DNA of 64,000 nucleotides from Bryobacterales bacterium (GTDB lineage Bacteria > Acidobacteriota > Terriglobia > Bryobacterales > UBA6623), in NCBI GenBank assembly GCA_026713545.1, contig JAPOOG010000077.1, forward strand, positions 37,238 through 101,237, written 5' to 3'. The notes below the pieces were generated by a model that was not told the DNA's origin, ran no database searches, and saw only the letters and a list, made by a program, of their open reading frames with translations. Both the position numbers and the translations under genes were made by a program. How positions within the stretch are numbered: the stretch's first letter is position 1; every line of letters starts with the position of its first letter. Shown piece after piece: positions 19,823 through 28,062 of the stretch.

Positions 19823-19850
19823 GGTACTGAAGCCCTTCAGTCTTGTTTTT
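19823..19850 (+). repeat. module A: short hairpin plus T-tract (terminator-like), copy 1
   Basis: GGTACTGAAGCCCTTCAGTCTTGTTTTT. ACTGA/TCAGT stem followed by a T-run. Nearly identical copies occur at 20017 and 58822. Confidence 0.8.
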
Positions 19851-19967
19851 ACCGCCCCGCCCTGCATAGCATGAGCACACGGAGGCGGCGAGGAACAGTC
19901 CGTGCGGATCACGAATCAGGGCTTTCCGGGCTTTCACTAGCCACTAGTCACAAGCCACTGCTTTTTA

Positions 19968-20000
19968 GGTTTTCACGAATCACGAGACGCGAGACACGGT
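19968..20000 (+). repeat. module B: CACGRNN heptad array
   Basis: GGTTTTCACGAATCACGAGACGCGAGACACGGTTTTTTT. Units have a 7-nt period. Confidence 0.8.
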
Positions 20001-20016
20001 TTTTTTGTTGCCTCTT

Positions 20017-20044
20017 GGTACTGAAGCGCTTCAGTCTTTTTTTT
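20017..20044 (+). repeat. module A hairpin plus T-tract, copy 2
   Basis: GGTACTGAAGCGCTTCAGTCTTTTTTTT. Confidence 0.8.
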
Positions 20045-20157
20045 CCGCTCCGGCCGGCATAGCATGAGGACAGGAAGGCCGTAATCATCGAGATCGACTG
20101 ACCGTCGGCGCGGCGCTCGCTGTAGAGGCTGCCCCCTCGACGGCGACGCGGCCTTCA

Positions 20158-20236
20158 AGGTTTTTACGAATCACGAGACATGAATCACGGCTTTTATGCT
20201 TTTCACGAATCACGAGACACGAAACACGGCTTTTAC
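20158..20236 (+). repeat. module B: two tandem units of the CACGAAT heptad array
   Basis: TTTTTACGAATCACGAGACATGAATCACGGCTTTTATGCTTTTCACGAATCACGAGACACGAAACACGGCTTTTACC. Confidence 0.85.
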
Positions 20237-20306
20237 CGCCGTGGGTGCGCGACGGGTGGCGCCACCGGAAACCGCCGTCCGGACCACTGCCCCCGCCGGC
20301 AAGTCA

Positions 20307-20395
20307 CTGTTTTACAGTTCACCAATGTTCACCAATGTTCACCAATGTTCGCCATTGTTCGCCATTGTTCAGATAAAAATATTGTCCTGCGCCAG
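20307..20395 (+). repeat. module C copy 1: 10-bp phased tandem array followed by an AT-box
   Basis: (ACCAATGTTC)x3 (GCCATTGTTC)x2, then AGATAAAAATATTGTCCTGCGCCAGCG. The exact 10-nt period is visible in the 10-column layout of the sequence listing. Confidence 0.9.
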
Positions 20396-20434
20396 CGCCC
20401 TCGCGCCGCCCGGACGGCCGCTCCCGCCGCCCTG

Positions 20435-20560
20435 TCACTGCTTGCCTGCCCAGAATTGCCCGGCATTGCTCGGAGTTGCTCGGCTAAAAATAGTGCCCTG
20501 CGCCAGTGTCCTTGCCACGTCAGCCGTTCTCGGTCGGCCTCGCGACGAGCGCCGTTCGCC
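20435..20560 (+). repeat. module C copy 2
   Basis: GTCACTGCTTGCCTGCC CAGAATTGCC CGGCATTGCT CGGAGTTGCT CGGCTAAAAATAGTGCCCTGCGCCAGTG ... CGTCAGCCGTTCTCGGTCGGCCTCGCGACGAGCGCCGTTCGCC. Collinear with 59071-59200. Confidence 0.85.
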
Positions 20561-20702
20561 GCCGCTCCCGTCGCCCTCCGGACTCGTTCCGCTGCTGCGA
20601 ACGCGGAATGAACCATTCGGAGAAAGGGGAACGTTTTTGATTGCGTTGAGAGCAGCGGATTTCCCGCTTGACTCGTCAGGGGCAAGCTCGTTTAATGGGC
20701 GC

Positions 20703-22754
20703 ATGTCCAGATTGTTCCTCATTGTTCTGCTCGCTCTCGTACCCGTCTCGGGCGCTTTCTCTCGAGTCGTTCGCGTGGAAGTCGAGAGCACCGAGACCCT
20801 GCTCCGGGGCAGGTCTTTCGGCTTGACGGGCCCTTATCAAAAGCTCACCGGCAAGGTTTTCTTCGCCGTGGACCCGGGCAACTCGGCGAACCGCATCATC
20901 GCCGACATCGACCTCGCGCCCACCAACAGCCAGGGCGAGGTCGAGTTCTCCTCCGAGTTCTTCTTGCTCAAACCTCTTCAAGCCGCCCTCGGCAACGGAA
21001 CCGTCCTGTACGAGGTGTCGAATCGTGGCAACAAGGGCATGCTCCGTTTTTTCAACGACGCCCAGGGAAGCCGCAGCCCTTCCGAGGCTGAACACTTCGG
21101 CGACGGCTTCCTGCTCGAAGAGGGTTTCACTCTGCTATGGCTCGGCTGGCAGTTCGACGTACCCCAGGAACCCGATCGGATGCGTCTGCTTACGCCGATC
21201 GCCAGGCAAGACGGCGGGCCGGTCCGCGGCCTTGTTCGCAGTGACTTCGTCGTCCAGGACCGCGTCTACGATCGCCTGCTGTCGGACCGCAATCATATTC
21301 CCTATCCGGTAGCCGATCCCGATGCGCCCGAAACCGTCATGACCGTAAGGGACCGGGTCGAATCACAGCGCCGCGTCATACCCCGCTCGCAATGGAAATT
21401 CGGCCGCATGGAGAACGGCCGGCTTGTGTCCGACAAGGGCCGCGTGCATCTCGAAGGTGGTTTCGAGCCGGGCAAGATCTATGAGGTGGTCTACGTCTCG
21501 GAGAACCCGCCGCTTGTCGGTCTCGGGCCGACGGCCATCCGCGACTTTGTTTCGCAACTCAAATACGAAGGGAACGACGATCTCTCGATCCCGGCCGACG
21601 CGCTCGACCGCGCACTCGGCTTCGGCATCTCCCAGAGCGGCCGGTTCCTTCGCACGTTTCTCTACTACGGTTTCAACGAAGACGAGGAACATCGGATCGT
21701 CTTCGACGGCCTCATCTCACATGTCGCCGGGGGTGGCCGCGGCAGCTTCAACCACCGTTTCGCTCAGCCGTCGCGCGATGCGCATCCCTTCATGAACTTC
21801 TTCTATCCGACCGATATCTTCCCGTTTACCGACGTCGAGCAACACGATCCGGAAACAGGCTTGCGAGACGGCATTCTCACCCACCGCCTCGCACGGAAGT
21901 TCTGGCCCAAGATCTTCTACACCAACTCTTCCTACGAATACTGGGGCAGGGCGGCGTCGTTGATTCACACGACCATCGACGGCAAGGAAGATATCGCCCT
22001 CTATGACAACGTCCGGATCTACATGTTTGCCGGGACGCAGCACGGGCCGGCCGGATTTCCACCGAGAGTTACCTTGGGGCAGCAGCTCAGCAATCCCATG
22101 GACTTTCGCTGGTCGATGCGAGCGCTTCTGAAGGCCATGAAGAGATGGGCGGCGGGCGACGGAGAACCGCCGCCGAGCCAGTACCCTCTGCGCAAGGACG
22201 GGAGCCTGGTGAGCGCGGAAGACCTGATGTTCCCAAAGATTCCCGGAGTCGGTTTCTCGAGCCGCGTCCACAAAGCCTATCGCGCCGACTACGGGCCGAT
22301 GTTCTACAGCCGGGGAATCGTCACGAAGGAGCCGCCGGATATCGGGAAGGCCTTCCCGATTCTCGTCTCGGCGGTGGACCGCGACGGCAACGAGATCGCC
22401 GGTGTGAGCATGCCCGAGCAAGAAGTACCGCTTGCTACGTTTGCAGGCTGGAACCTGTTCAACGAGAAGTCCGGTCCCACCGACGAGATATCCAGCATGC
22501 AAGGCTCGTACATTCCGTTCGCCAGAACCGAGGCCGAGCGCAAGGCGAATGGGGATCCGCGGCCTTCGATCGAAGCGCGCTACAACAGCCGCGAAGAGTA
22601 TCTCGGCCTCGTCGCCGACGCCGGCATCCGGTTGATCGAAGCCGGCTACCTGCTGGGCAAGGACCTGCCCGCCATCGTCAGCAACGCCGGCCGCCATTGG
22701 GATTACCTGATGAAGCTCGATCCGGAACCGGCAAGCGGACCACAGCGGCCTTAG
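20703..22754 (+). CDS. secreted hypothetical protein (possibly an alpha/beta-hydrolase-domain family)
   Basis: Track ORF 20196..22754. The first 169 codons run through the non-coding repeat modules, so the start is moved to in-frame ATG 20703 (MSRLFLIVLLALVPVSGAFS signal peptide). Family name is recalled from the N-terminal block VVRVEVES...GPYQKLTGKVFFAVDP...VLYEVSNRGNKGMLRFFN and is not verified. Confidence 0.6.
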   Translation: MSRLFLIVLLALVPVSGAFSRVVRVEVESTETLLRGRSFGLTGPYQKLTGKVFFAVDPGNSANRIIADIDLAPTNSQGEVEFSSEFFLLKPLQAALGNGTVLYEVSNRGNKGMLRFFNDAQGSRSPSEAEHFGDGFLLEEGFTLLWLGWQFDVPQEPDRMRLLTPIARQDGGPVRGLVRSDFVVQDRVYDRLLSDRNHIPYPVADPDAPETVMTVRDRVESQRRVIPRSQWKFGRMENGRLVSDKGRVHLEGGFEPGKIYEVVYVSENPPLVGLGPTAIRDFVSQLKYEGNDDLSIPADALDRALGFGISQSGRFLRTFLYYGFNEDEEHRIVFDGLISHVAGGGRGSFNHRFAQPSRDAHPFMNFFYPTDIFPFTDVEQHDPETGLRDGILTHRLARKFWPKIFYTNSSYEYWGRAASLIHTTIDGKEDIALYDNVRIYMFAGTQHGPAGFPPRVTLGQQLSNPMDFRWSMRALLKAMKRWAAGDGEPPPSQYPLRKDGSLVSAEDLMFPKIPGVGFSSRVHKAYRADYGPMFYSRGIVTKEPPDIGKAFPILVSAVDRDGNEIAGVSMPEQEVPLATFAGWNLFNEKSGPTDEISSMQGSYIPFARTEAERKANGDPRPSIEARYNSREEYLGLVADAGIRLIEAGYLLGKDLPAIVSNAGRHWDYLMKLDPEPASGPQRP

Positions 22755-22938
22755 CCGATCGGCGTCGGACCCGCTATCTATCTCAGCCGAGATGTGAAGT
22801 TGACGCTGAAGAGCCCGCAATGCGAACAGGCAGCCTGCCTGTCGGAGATTCCTCCAACGGATCGACACGACTGCGCGGGGGCTCCTGAATCGCGAAAAAG
22901 AGCCGGCAATAGCAGGTAATGCTGGACTGGGAACATAG

Positions 22939-23116
22939 CCTGCTTTTCTCACCACGCGACGAGGCGAAGTGCGTGAGAGGGCCGTCAGGACGGGGCGCGA
23001 GCCGCTTGGCGCGCGCAGGCGTACTTGAACAGTACGTTGAGTACGGCAAGCAAGCGCAACGAAGTCCTGGCGGTCGTATCGCGTGCTTCGCCTCGTCGCG
23101 TGGTGAGAAATGCAGG
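22939..23116 (+). repeat. R1 element, copy 3 (type a; 31-nt perfect terminal inverted repeat)
   Basis: CCTGCTTTTCTCACCACGCGACGAGGCGAAGTGCGTGAGAGGGCCGTCAGGACG ... CTTCGCCTCGTCGCGTGGTGAGAAATGCAGG. The right end directly abuts the TCA (= TGA stop) of the DUF1501 gene at 23117. Confidence 0.9.
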
Positions 23117-24577
23117 TCAGCCCACGAACAGATCCGTAACCGCCTTGCCCTTGACCAACTCGCGAGGCTGGTCGAGATGATTGTGGATTTCCATATTGGG
23201 ATCGATGCCGAGGGCGTAATAAACGGTGGCCAGCAGGTCGTTCGGATGGACCGGCTTTTCCCTGGGTGAGGATGCCGTCTCGTCGGACTCGCCGTAAAGC
23301 CGTCCGCCGGGAATGCCCGCGCCGGCAACCATCGCCGTGTAGCAATAGGGCCAGTGGTCGCGGCCGTCCGGGGAATTCGAGTTGCCCGACGTACTGACGC
23401 CGAGGCGCGGCGAGCGGCCGAATTCCCCAACAGCCACCACGAGGGTGTCATCGAGCAGGCCGCGCTCGGTCATGTCGCCGAGCAGCGCGCTCAGGGTCTG
23501 GTCGAGCACGGGGCAATGCAGGTTCTTCAGCGGCCCGAAGTTCGACGCATGCGTATCCCAAGCGGTCGTTTCCGGGTTGCCGTTGGCGACCGACGGCCAG
23601 TTGACCTGCACGAATCGCGTGCCGGCTTCGATGAGCCTCCGCGCCATCAAAGCGCCCTGGCCGAAGGTCGTCCGTCCGTAGCGCTCTCGCATCTTGTCCG
23701 GCTCCTTCGACAGGTCGAACGCGTCGCGCGCTTTGCCGGAGAGCACCAGATCGAAGGCCTTCTCGTAGTAGGTGTCGAGCGCCGTGTTCTCGACGGCCTT
23801 CTCGAGATCGGGCATGGACTCGTTGATGCCCTTCAGCAGCTCGAAGCGGCTCTGCAGGCGCTCGGGCGGTGTTTCTTTCCGTAGCGCGAGGTCGTCGAGC
23901 TTGATCGGCTTGTTCGGGTCCTGGTAGAGGCGATAGGGGTCGTACGCCTTGCCGATGAAACCGGCGGCGCCGCCTTTGCCGATGACGCTCGATTCCTGCA
24001 GCGGACGCGGCATCTCGACGAACGGCAGCACGGGCTCGGTCGGCGGTATCATCTTGCTGATCCAGGAGCCGGCCGTGGGGAAGTCGATCGGCGACGGCGG
24101 CTCGAGTTGGCCCGACGGCGACACCTTGTCGGGCGGGTAGCCGGTCAGCATCTGATAGATCGCGGCGGTATGGTTGAACAGGCCCTTCGGCGTGTAGCTC
24201 ATCGAACGGATGAGCGTGCACTTGTCGATGGATTCGGCGAGCTTCGGCATCGTCTCGCTGAGCCAGATGCCGGGGACCTTCGATTGAATCGGTTTGAACT
24301 CGCCTCGAATGTTCGACGGCGCGTCGGGTTTGGGGTCCCAAATATCGATATGGCTCGGACCGCCTTGGAGGAACAGCATGATGACCGACTTGGCCCGGCC
24401 GAACCCGCCTGCGCCCTCGAAGCGCGGCGGGACGGCAGCCGCCTTCGCGCGGTCCTGCAACTCGAAGACCTGCGACAAAGTCATACCGAGCAGGCCGAGC
24501 GAACCCACCTGCATGAAGTCGCGGCGACTTGCGCCGTCACAATTGCGTACCGACCAACGTCCCGGAATGTTCAGCAT
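23117..24577 (-). CDS. DUF1501 domain protein (sulfatase-like fold), Tat-exported
   Basis: MLNIPGRWSVRNCDGASRRDFMQVGSLGLLGMTL Tat signal. Also SVIMLFLQGGPSHIDIWDPKP, GRDHW and the C-terminal HPNDLLATVYYALGID block characteristic of DUF1501. Start at ATG 24577, preceded by GGGGAGG. Confidence 0.9.
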   Translation of the reverse strand: MLNIPGRWSVRNCDGASRRDFMQVGSLGLLGMTLSQVFELQDRAKAAAVPPRFEGAGGFGRAKSVIMLFLQGGPSHIDIWDPKPDAPSNIRGEFKPIQSKVPGIWLSETMPKLAESIDKCTLIRSMSYTPKGLFNHTAAIYQMLTGYPPDKVSPSGQLEPPSPIDFPTAGSWISKMIPPTEPVLPFVEMPRPLQESSVIGKGGAAGFIGKAYDPYRLYQDPNKPIKLDDLALRKETPPERLQSRFELLKGINESMPDLEKAVENTALDTYYEKAFDLVLSGKARDAFDLSKEPDKMRERYGRTTFGQGALMARRLIEAGTRFVQVNWPSVANGNPETTAWDTHASNFGPLKNLHCPVLDQTLSALLGDMTERGLLDDTLVVAVGEFGRSPRLGVSTSGNSNSPDGRDHWPYCYTAMVAGAGIPGGRLYGESDETASSPREKPVHPNDLLATVYYALGIDPNMEIHNHLDQPRELVKGKAVTDLFVG

Positions 24578-24780
24578 GGAGGCCTCCCCTGACCGAAGGT
24601 TGTTGACAGGTATTATACGCCAGTCGCACGCGACCGCAATAGCGGGCAACGTCTTTATCAGGCTCCTTCGGGGCCGGATTGCCGGGGTTTACTATCGCCA
24701 TGCAGCGGATCTGCCGTCGCGGTCGGTCGCCAATCCTTCTTGACCTGCGCCGCCGTCGCCCCGTTGTCGTTTGGGGAAAC

Positions 24781-26058
24781 TTATGCCTTGGCGGCCTTGC
24801 GGGCGCTGCTCAGGATGTCTCTCAGGCGCTTGCCGATGATGAGGTCGTCGCCGGAGCGCAGGGTCATCGAGACGATGTGCATTTCGTCGGGGCGAGAGGG
24901 AAGCTTGGGGTCCTTCTTGCGGACGGCAGGCACCATCGGCGGGTTGTTGCTGACGGTGAGAACTTCGATGCGGGGGTTGCCGACACGCAGTTGCCGGTCG
25001 CAGTCGGCGATGGTGAAGTTCCAGGCCTTCTCGTCCCAATTGAGACTCAAGCGGGGCGGGCGGTAGGGGTCGGTTTGCTCCGAGATCTCGGCGCTGACGC
25101 CGGGGACGCTTTCCACGAGTTTCTTGATCCGCGAAAGGCGGTCGAGCCACTCCTTCTCGAGCTTCTCGAAATCGGCTTGGAGCCACCACTCCACAGCGGC
25201 GAGGCAGCCCATGATCTCTTCCTTGCCGACCTTCATGGGACGGCAGACGGAGCCCTCCCAGGGGTTGTAGTTGGCGATGGCGGCGTCGATCAGGTCCTTG
25301 CGGCCGAAGAGCAGGCCGCTGCATTGCGGTCCGCGAAGGCCCTTGCCGCCGGAAAAGGTGTAGAGGTCGACGCCCATCTTGGCGTAGACGCGGATGGAGT
25401 CGATGGGCGGAATGCCGGCGGCTTGGTCGAGAAGCAGCGGGACCTTGACTTCCTTCGCGATGGCGACGAGTTTTTCGAGTTGCTCGCCGCTGCGGGTGGT
25501 GTAGATCATCGCGGTATTGGGATTGACGGAACGGCGGACGTCATCGAGGGTAGGAGCGATCACGAGTTTGCCGCCGGCGAGGCGGATGGCGCTGTCGAAG
25601 GCATTGCGTCCGGGAAACATGATGACTTCGTGCTTGAGACCCGTGGTGTCGGGGAGTTGCCAGATGAGGGCCGGGTCGGCGCCGGCGATGCAGGCGGCGG
25701 TGGCGGCGGCCATGGCGCCCGCGGCGCCAGAGGTCACCATGCCGAATTCGGCGCCGGAGAGCTCGGCGAGTCGTTTGCCGACGGCCTGCTGCAGATCGAA
25801 GATGTCGACGTAGTGCAGGGCGGCTTCCTGCTTGGCTTTGCGCACGGCGGGCAGCTCGAGAGTGCCGCTGAGGTAGGTCCACACACCGCGTCCGTTAATG
25901 AGGGGCTTGACGCCGAGACGGGTGTAGATGTTATCGGAATCGGATCGGCCGGCTGCGGCGAAGGCTTTGCGCTTGAGGTCGTCGAAGGCGATGAGGCCGA
26001 GGAGCGGGAGAGATCCCAAGAGTTTGAGGAAGTTGCGGCGGTGGCTTGGAATGAGCAT
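24781..26058 (-). CDS. SelA-like (L-seryl-tRNA(Sec) selenium transferase family fold) PLP-dependent enzyme with twin-arginine signal
   Basis: MLIPSHRRNFLKLLGSLPLLGLIAF Tat-like signal, GMVTSGAAGAMAAATAACIAG, and PLP-lysine block DLYTFSGGKGLRGPQCSGLL (compare SelA FSGDKLLGGPQ). The 878-aa track ORF 24781..27417 is trimmed to ATG 26058 because its upstream half is antisense to the next gene. Confidence 0.75.
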   Translation of the reverse strand: MLIPSHRRNFLKLLGSLPLLGLIAFDDLKRKAFAAAGRSDSDNIYTRLGVKPLINGRGVWTYLSGTLELPAVRKAKQEAALHYVDIFDLQQAVGKRLAELSGAEFGMVTSGAAGAMAAATAACIAGADPALIWQLPDTTGLKHEVIMFPGRNAFDSAIRLAGGKLVIAPTLDDVRRSVNPNTAMIYTTRSGEQLEKLVAIAKEVKVPLLLDQAAGIPPIDSIRVYAKMGVDLYTFSGGKGLRGPQCSGLLFGRKDLIDAAIANYNPWEGSVCRPMKVGKEEIMGCLAAVEWWLQADFEKLEKEWLDRLSRIKKLVESVPGVSAEISEQTDPYRPPRLSLNWDEKAWNFTIADCDRQLRVGNPRIEVLTVSNNPPMVPAVRKKDPKLPSRPDEMHIVSMTLRSGDDLIIGKRLRDILSSARKAAKA

Positions 26059-26250
26059 GGGTTCCTCCAGGAGTAGCGGGCTGGGTTCAATGATACCGGT
26101 TGAGGTGTGCTGCCGTGGCGGATGGCAATGCGGACGGGGCCGACATAGCCGGCGTGATTGGCGATGGACTGCAGGGCCCCACTTTATCGGCAGCGCTTCG
26201 CGGGGAAGGTCACACCGCGGACCGGAACGACATCTTGAACCACGCCGGGG

Positions 26251-27846
26251 TTGTGGCGTTGGAAGAAACTTGACAGCAGTCACGTTTCCGCCCAGCGGAC
26301 CGCCGCGGCCGGTGAGGGGGGATACCTGCCGCTGGTCGGGGCACTCCGGGTTCTGGTATGCTTGCGAACCTTGACGGAACGGAGTGAGCGAGACAGAGAA
26401 GCGGCGGCGGCTCGGTATTTGCCGCAGTGGGATCGGGGCGAGTTGCCGGAGGCGCCGCGCTTCCGGCTGTATCAGATGGGGGCGCTGATCGGTCCTGGCT
26501 TGCTGATGGTAGGGTCGACCATCGGCGGCGGGGAGTGGATGTTCGGTCCGATCGTGACGGCGCGCTACGGCGGCATCGTGATGTGGATTGCCGCGGTGAG
26601 CGTGGCCCTTCAGGCAGTGTTCAATCTGTCGGTGATGCGCTACGCGCTGTACACCGGCGAGCCGATCTTCGTGGGGCTGCTGCGGACGTTCCCCGGTCCG
26701 AAGTTCTGGATCGTTTTCTATCTGATTGCCGACTCGGGATATATCTGGCCGTACGTGGCCTCGAACGCGGCAGTGCCGGTGGCGGCGGCGTGGTTGGGGA
26801 GACTGCCCGGGCCGCAGGACGACTTCCTGGTGCGGGTGTTGGGATATGCGATTTTCTTGAGTTGTTTCATCCCGTTGATCTTCGGGGGGAAGGTGTACAC
26901 GGCGGTCGAACGGTTCATGACGGCGAAGGTGATCTTCGTGCTCGGCTTCCTGCTCGCGGTGGATCTTTTTCTGGTGAGCGGCGAGACGTGGTGGGCGGTG
27001 TTCAGCGGCTTCTTCAAGGTGGGCATGCTGCCGGAGGGAGAAGTGGATTGGGCAACGCTGGCGGCATTCGCGGCGGTGGCTGGTGTGGGCGGACTGTCGA
27101 ACACCCTGTTCTCGAACTACGCGCGGGACAAAGGTTGGGGCATGGGAGCGCTTGTCGGGGCGATTCCGAGCTTGATTGGCGGGAAGAAGATTGCACTGTC
27201 GCCGGTGGGAAAGGTATTCGCCGTGACGCCCGAGAACCTGAAGCGCTGGAAGGCGTGGCTGGGATACATCCGGCGGGATCAGATCTGGATTTGGGCCGCG
27301 GGATCCATGATCGGCATGGCGCTGCCGTCGATGCTGTCGCTGGAGTTCCTGCCGGGCGCGGAAGTGGAGGGGCATGCGGCGGCGGCGATGACGGCGCGAG
27401 GTATTGCGGATCGGCACGGCGAAGTGTTCTGGTTTCTGACATTGCTGTGCGGTTTCGTGGTCTTGGGCATCGGTTTCATCCAGACCCTTGACGGAATCGT
27501 GCGGCGATGGACGGACGTTCTGTGGAGCGCCTCAGGACGGCTGCGCTCGAAAGGCGGTCAAGTCAAGAACATCTACTACGTCGTGCTGCTGGCGTATTGT
27601 CTTTGGGGATTGCTGGCGTTGCGGCTGACGCCGAATCCGTTGGTGCTGGCGATTGTCAGCAGCGTTTGCGGGAACGTGGGCCTCGGATCGTCGGCGCTGC
27701 ATACCCTGTTCGTGAACCGCAGGCTGATGCCGCCGGAGCTGCGGCTTCCCTGGTACATGCAACTGGGGTTGGTCGGGGCCTTCGTCTTCTTCCTGGGGAT
27801 CTCGGGTGTGGCTTTGCATCAGCACTTGACAGCGGTGAGCAGGTAG
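26251..27846 (+). CDS. Nramp-related (LeuT-fold) membrane transporter; start uncertain
   Basis: At least 10 hydrophobic segments. GPGLLMVGSTIGGGEWMFGPIVTARYGGIVMWIAAVS aligns with Nramp TM1 (GPGfL...DPGN...GaxyGYxLLW) but has GGGE where canonical Nramps have DPGN. Candidate starts lie anywhere from TTG 26251 to ATG 26476. Confidence 0.6.
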   Translation: MWRWKKLDSSHVSAQRTAAAGEGGYLPLVGALRVLVCLRTLTERSERDREAAAARYLPQWDRGELPEAPRFRLYQMGALIGPGLLMVGSTIGGGEWMFGPIVTARYGGIVMWIAAVSVALQAVFNLSVMRYALYTGEPIFVGLLRTFPGPKFWIVFYLIADSGYIWPYVASNAAVPVAAAWLGRLPGPQDDFLVRVLGYAIFLSCFIPLIFGGKVYTAVERFMTAKVIFVLGFLLAVDLFLVSGETWWAVFSGFFKVGMLPEGEVDWATLAAFAAVAGVGGLSNTLFSNYARDKGWGMGALVGAIPSLIGGKKIALSPVGKVFAVTPENLKRWKAWLGYIRRDQIWIWAAGSMIGMALPSMLSLEFLPGAEVEGHAAAAMTARGIADRHGEVFWFLTLLCGFVVLGIGFIQTLDGIVRRWTDVLWSASGRLRSKGGQVKNIYYVVLLAYCLWGLLALRLTPNPLVLAIVSSVCGNVGLGSSALHTLFVNRRLMPPELRLPWYMQLGLVGAFVFFLGISGVALHQHLTAVSR

Positions 27847-27885
27847 TTCAGCCGCCTGCGGTGCGCTCGAACCCCTCTGTCCCAG

Positions 27886-28062
27886 CCTGCATTTCTCACC
27901 ACGAAGCGAGGTGAAGTGCGTGAGCGGGCCGTCAGGACGAGACGCGCTCAGCTTGGTGCGCGCAGGTGTACTTGACCAGTAGATCGAGCACGGCAAGCGA
28001 GCGCAACGAAGTCATGGCGGTCTTATCGCGTGCTTCGGTCGTCAGGTGGTGAGACATGCAGG
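27886..28062 (+). repeat. R1 element, copy 4 (type a)
   Basis: CCTGCATTTCTCACCACGAAGCGAGGTGAAGTGCGTGAGCGGGCCGTCAGGACG ... CTTCGGTCGTCAGGTGGTGAGACATGCAGG. Overlaps the last 13 codons and the stop of the PAP2 gene. Confidence 0.9.

Noticed and set aside
19823-19850. Module A as a bona fide rho-independent terminator.
   Set aside because: The usable stem is only about 5-7 bp and AT-rich, with a tight loop. It is kept as a terminator-like repeat module, unlike the strong GC hairpins at 58640 and 63189.
19790-20580. A possible CRISPR array in the repeat-dense intergenic zones (also 58740-59350).
   Set aside because: There is no regular repeat-spacer periodicity, the repeat units are 7-10 nt tandem or mosaic modules, and no cas genes lie nearby.
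20196-20702. The N-terminal 169 codons of the 852-aa track ORF 20196..22754.
   Set aside because: This stretch is made of the heptad and decamer repeat modules (giving FTNHETRNTAF, MFTNVHQCSPLF). A signal peptide begins at the in-frame ATG 20703, so the extension is non-coding.
21717-23345. Long ORFs antisense to well-supported genes. Examples: 21717..23345(-), 24679..26076(+), 28308..29717(+), 31323..33035(+), 36147..37679(+), 36892..38304(+), 48479..49564(+), 55474..58593(-), 59672..61456(-), 61481..62923(-).
   Set aside because: They are typical shadow ORFs of high-GC DNA. They are Arg/Gly/Pro/Ala-rich with no recognisable motifs, and each lies fully within a gene on the other strand that has clear family signatures.
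26059-27417. The upstream half of the 878-aa track ORF 24781..27417(-).
   Set aside because: It is antisense to the Nramp-like transporter and has an Arg/Pro/His-rich composition. The SelA-like protein has its own Tat signal at ATG 26058.
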